A stretch of DNA of 64,000 nt from Auanema rhodensis. Taxonomy: Eukaryota; Animalia; Nematoda. Made by a program: the position numbers and the translations under genes. The notes under the pieces are model-generated. The model was not told where the DNA came from and ran no database searches. It saw nothing but the letters and a program-made list of their open reading frames with translations. The stretch covers positions 62,001 to 126,000 of the forward strand of contig CAXKVF010000088.1 of NCBI GenBank assembly GCA_964057225.1. Direction: 5' to 3'. Below are positions 60,301-64,000 of this stretch, piece by piece; position 1 is the first letter of the stretch, and every line of letters begins with the position of its first letter.

Positions 60301-62303
60301 CAAGTGCACATCACGTGTACATTTAATTAGCATAAATTAAAGTTCACGTAAATTTCAAAGTCATGGTTACCATGCACCAATATCAATAAAAATTTGTTTT
60401 TAGACTAATATGGACATGGGGAATCTAATTTTGAAAACCGCATCTCTTTATCTTTCACGTGAAGCGAGTTACATACCAAGTGCACATCACGTGTACATTT
60501 AATTAGCATAAATTAAAGTTCACGTAAATTTCAAAGTCATGGTTACCATGAACCAATATCAATAAAAATTTGTTTTTAGACTAATATGGACATGGGGAAT
60601 CTAATTTTGAAAACCGCATCTCTTTATCTTTCACGTGAAGCGAGTTACATACCAAGTGCACATTACGTGTACATTTAATTAGCATAAATTAAAGTTCACG
60701 TAAATTTCAAAGTCATGGTTACCATGAACCAATATCAATACAAATTTGTTTTTAGACTAATATGGACATGGGGAATCTAATTTTGAAAACCGCATCTCTT
60801 TATCTTTCACGTGAAGCGAGTTACATACCAAGTGCACATTACGTGTACATTTAATTAGCATAAATTAAAGTTCACGTAAAATTCAAAGTCATGGTTACCA
60901 TGCACCAATATCAATAAAAATTTGTTTTTAGACTAATATGGACATGGGGAATCTAATTTTGAAAACCGCATCTCTTTATCTTTCACGTGAAGCGAGTTAC
61001 ATACCAAGTGCACATCACGTGTACATTTAATTAGCATAAATTAAAGTTCACGTAAATTTCAAAGTCATGGTTACCATGCACCAATATCAATAAAAATTTG
61101 TTTTTAGACTAATATGGACATGGGGAATCTAATTTTGAAAACCGCATCTCTTTATCTTTCACGTGAAGGGAGTTACATACCAAGTGCACATCACGTGTAC
61201 ATTTAATTAGCATAAATTAAAGTTCACGTAAATTTCAAAGTCATGGTTACCATGAAGCAATATCAATAAAAATTTGTTTTTAGACTAATATGGACATGGG
61301 GAATCTAATTTTGAAAACCGCATCTCTTTATCTTTCACGTGAAGGGAGTTACATACCAAGTGCACATCACGTGTACATTTAATTAGCATAAATTAAAGTT
61401 CACGTAAATTTCAAAGTCATGGTTACCATGAACCAATATCAATAAAAATTTGTTTTTAGACTAATATGGACATGGGGAATCTAATTTTGAAAACCGCATC
61501 TCTTTATCTTTCACGTGAAGCGAGTTACATACCAAGTGCACATCACGTGTACATTTAATTAGCATAAATTAAAGTTCACGTAAATTTCAAAGTCATGGTT
61601 ACCATGCACCAATATCAATAAAAATTTGTTTTTAGACTAATATGGACATGGGGAATCTAATTTTGAAAACCGCATCTCTTTATCTTTCACGTGAAGCGAG
61701 TTACATACCAAGTGCACATCACGTGTACATTTAATTAGCATAAATTAAAGTTCACGTAAATTTCAAAGTCATGGTTACCATGAACCAATATCAATAAAAA
61801 TTTGTTTTTAGACTAATATGGACATGGGGAATCTAATTTTGAAAACCGCATCTCTTTATCTTTCACGTGAAGCGAGTTACATACCAAGTGCACATCACGT
61901 GTACATTTAATTAGCATAAATTAAAGTTCACGTAAATTTCAAAGTCATGGTTACCATGAACCAATATCAATACAAATTTGTTTTTAGACTAATATGGACA
62001 TGGGGAATCTAATTTTGAAAACCGCATCTCTTTATCTTTCACGTGAAGCGAGTTACATACCAAGAGCACATTACGTGTACATTTAATTAGCATAAATTAA
62101 AGTTCACGTAAAATTCAAAGTCATGGTTACCATGCACCAATATCAATAAAAATTTGTTTTTAGACTAATATGGACATGGGGAATCTAATTTTGAAAACCG
62201 CATCTCTTTATCTTTCACGTGAAGCGAGTTACATACCAAGTGCACATCACGTGTACATTTAATTAGCATAAATTAAAGTTCACGTAAATTTCAAAGTCAT
62301 GGT
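57376..62303. repeat. 7-monomer (1232-bp) higher-order repeat, 4 tandem copies
   Basis: A22C at 58277, 59509, 60741 and 61973. The unit order is GCAC+C98G, GAAG+C98G, GAAC, GCAC(+T131A), GAAC(+C121T), GAAC+A22C+C121T+T162A, GCAC. Confidence 0.92.
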
Positions 62304-64000
62304 TACCATGCACCAATATCAATAAAAATTTGTTTTTAGACTAATATGGACATGGGGAATCTAATTTTGAAAACCGCATCTCTTTATCTTTCACGTGAAG
62401 CGAGTTACATACCAAGTGCACATCACGTGTACATTTAATTAGCATAAATTAAAGTTCACGTAAATTTCAAAGTCATGGTTACCATGAACCAATATCAATA
62501 CAAATTTGTTTTTAGACTAATATGGACATGGGGAATCTAATTTTGAAAACCGCATCTCTTTATCTTTCACGTGAAGCGAGTTACATACCAAGTGCACATC
62601 ACGTGTACATTTAATTAGCATAAATTAAAGTTCACGTAAATTTCAAAGTCATGGTTACCATGAAGCAATATCAATAAAAATTTGTTTTTAGACTAATATG
62701 GACATGGGGAATCTAATTTTGAAAACCGCATCTCTTTATCTTTCACGTGAAGCGAGTTACATACCAAGTGCACATCACGTGTACATTTAATTAGCATAAA
62801 TTAAAGTTCACGTAAATTTCAAAGTCATGGTTACCATGAACCAATATCAATAAAAATTTGTTTTTAGACTAATATGGACATGGGGAATCTAATTTTGAAA
62901 ACCGCATCTCTTTATCTTTCACGTGAAGCGAGTTACATACCAAGTGCACATCACGTGTACATTTAATTAGCATAAATTAAAGTTCACGTAAAATTCAAAG
63001 TCATGGTTACCATGAACCAATATCAATAAAAATTTGTTTTTAGACTAATATGGACATGGGGAATCTAATTTTGAAAACCGCATCTCTTTATCTTTCACGT
63101 GAAGCGAGTTACATACCAAGTGCACATCACGTGTACATTTAATTAGCATAAATTAAAGTTCACGTAAATTTCAAAGTCATGGTTACCATGCACCAATATC
63201 AATAAAAATTTGTTTTTAGACTAATATGGACATGGGGAATCTAATTTTGAAAACCGCATCTCTTTATCTTTCACGTGAAGCGAGTTACATACCAAGTGCA
63301 CATCACGTGTACATTTAATTAGCATAAATTAAAGTTCACGTAAAATTCAAAGTCATGGTTACCATGCACCAATATCAATAAAAATTTGTTTTTAGACTAA
63401 TATGGACATGGGGAATCTAATTTGGAAAACCGCATCTCTTTATCTTTCACGTGAAGCGAGTTACATACCAAGTGCACATCACGTGTACATTTAATCAGCA
63501 TAAATTAAAGTTCACGTAAATTTCAAAGTCATGGTTACCATGCACCAATATCAATAAAAATTTGTTTTTAGACTAATATGGACATGGGGAATCTAATTTT
63601 GAAAACCGCATCTCTTTATCTTTCACGTGAAGGGAGTTACATACCAAGTGCACATCACGTGTACATTTAATTAGCATAAATTAAAGTTCACGTAAATTTC
63701 AAAGTCATGGTTACCATGAAGCAATATCAATAAAAATTTGTTTTTAGACTAATATGGACATGGGGAATCTAATTTTGAAAACCGCATCTCTTTATCTTTC
63801 ACGTGAAGGGAGTTACATACCAAGTGCACATCACGTGTACATTTAATTAGCATAAATTAAAGTTCACGTAAATTTCAAAGTCATGGTTACCATGAACCAA
63901 TATCAATAAAAATTTGTTTTTAGACTAATATGGACATGGGGAATCTAATTTTGAAAACCGCATCTCTTTATCTTTCACGTGAAGCGAGTTACATACCAAG

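Larger units (their letters stand above)
1..64000. repeat. Satellite DNA tandem array, 176-bp monomer, about 364 head-to-tail copies, open at both window edges
   Basis: TACCAT recurs at 1, 177, 353, and so on. The 60-nt line phase returns exactly every 2640 bp (15 x 176) at 2641, 5281, 7921 ... 55441. The phase shifts by 1 bp only after about 56,195. No non-satellite sequence was seen. Confidence 0.99.

Noticed and set aside
1-64000. CRISPR array or other repeat-spacer system
   Set aside because: There are no unique spacers. The full 176 bp is repeated, differences are isolated SNPs, and no cas genes or leader are present.
1-64000. Protein-coding tandem-repeat gene on either strand
   Set aside because: 176 is not a multiple of 3, so any reading frame cycles through all phases. 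TAA, TAG and TGA are frequent on both strands (for example TTTAATTAGCATAAATTAAA), leaving only tiny ORFs.
1-64000. The GAAC/GCAC/GAAG allele order as an information-bearing code or programmed cassette system
   Set aside because: The order is adequately explained by nested tandem duplications. There is no recombinase, expression site or unique flanking sequence in the window.
1-64000. Embedded transposon, telomeric tract or strand inversion
   Set aside because: The 176-bp phase is held across the whole window except for one 1-bp deletion, leaving no room for an insertion or inversion.

Overview
The whole 64,000-bp window is one uninterrupted head-to-tail tandem array of a 176-bp AT-rich satellite monomer (about 32% GC by my count, about 363.6 copies, one orientation). 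Consensus, phased at window position 1: TACCATGAACCAATATCAATAAAAATTTGTTTTTAGACTAATATGGACATGGGGAATCTAATTTTGAAAACCGCATCTCTTTATCTTTCACGTGAAGCGAGTTACATACCAAGTGCACATCACGTGTACATTTAATTAGCATAAATTAAAGTTCACGTAAATTTCAAAGTCATGGT. Copies differ from consensus by about 0-5 substitutions, and I saw only one indel, a 1-bp deletion near 56,195. I found no genes, transposons, RNA genes, CRISPR spacers or inversions. The nucleosome-sized monomer and extreme homogeneity suggest eukaryotic (peri)centromeric or subtelomeric satellite DNA, but I cannot name the species or family. The hidden structure is in the SNPs, which show a patchwork of local higher-order repeats (HORs) with periods of 3/4, 4, 5, 6, 7, 8/9, 9, 10, 13, 19 and 35 monomers. 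There are also regional variant domains and a probable older duplication about 18-21 kb apart. The monomer itself is dense in short dyads and carries three TCACGT cores spaced 32-33 bp apart. I see no support for a novel gene-encoded system. Variant names such as A22C use monomer coordinates and were read by eye.
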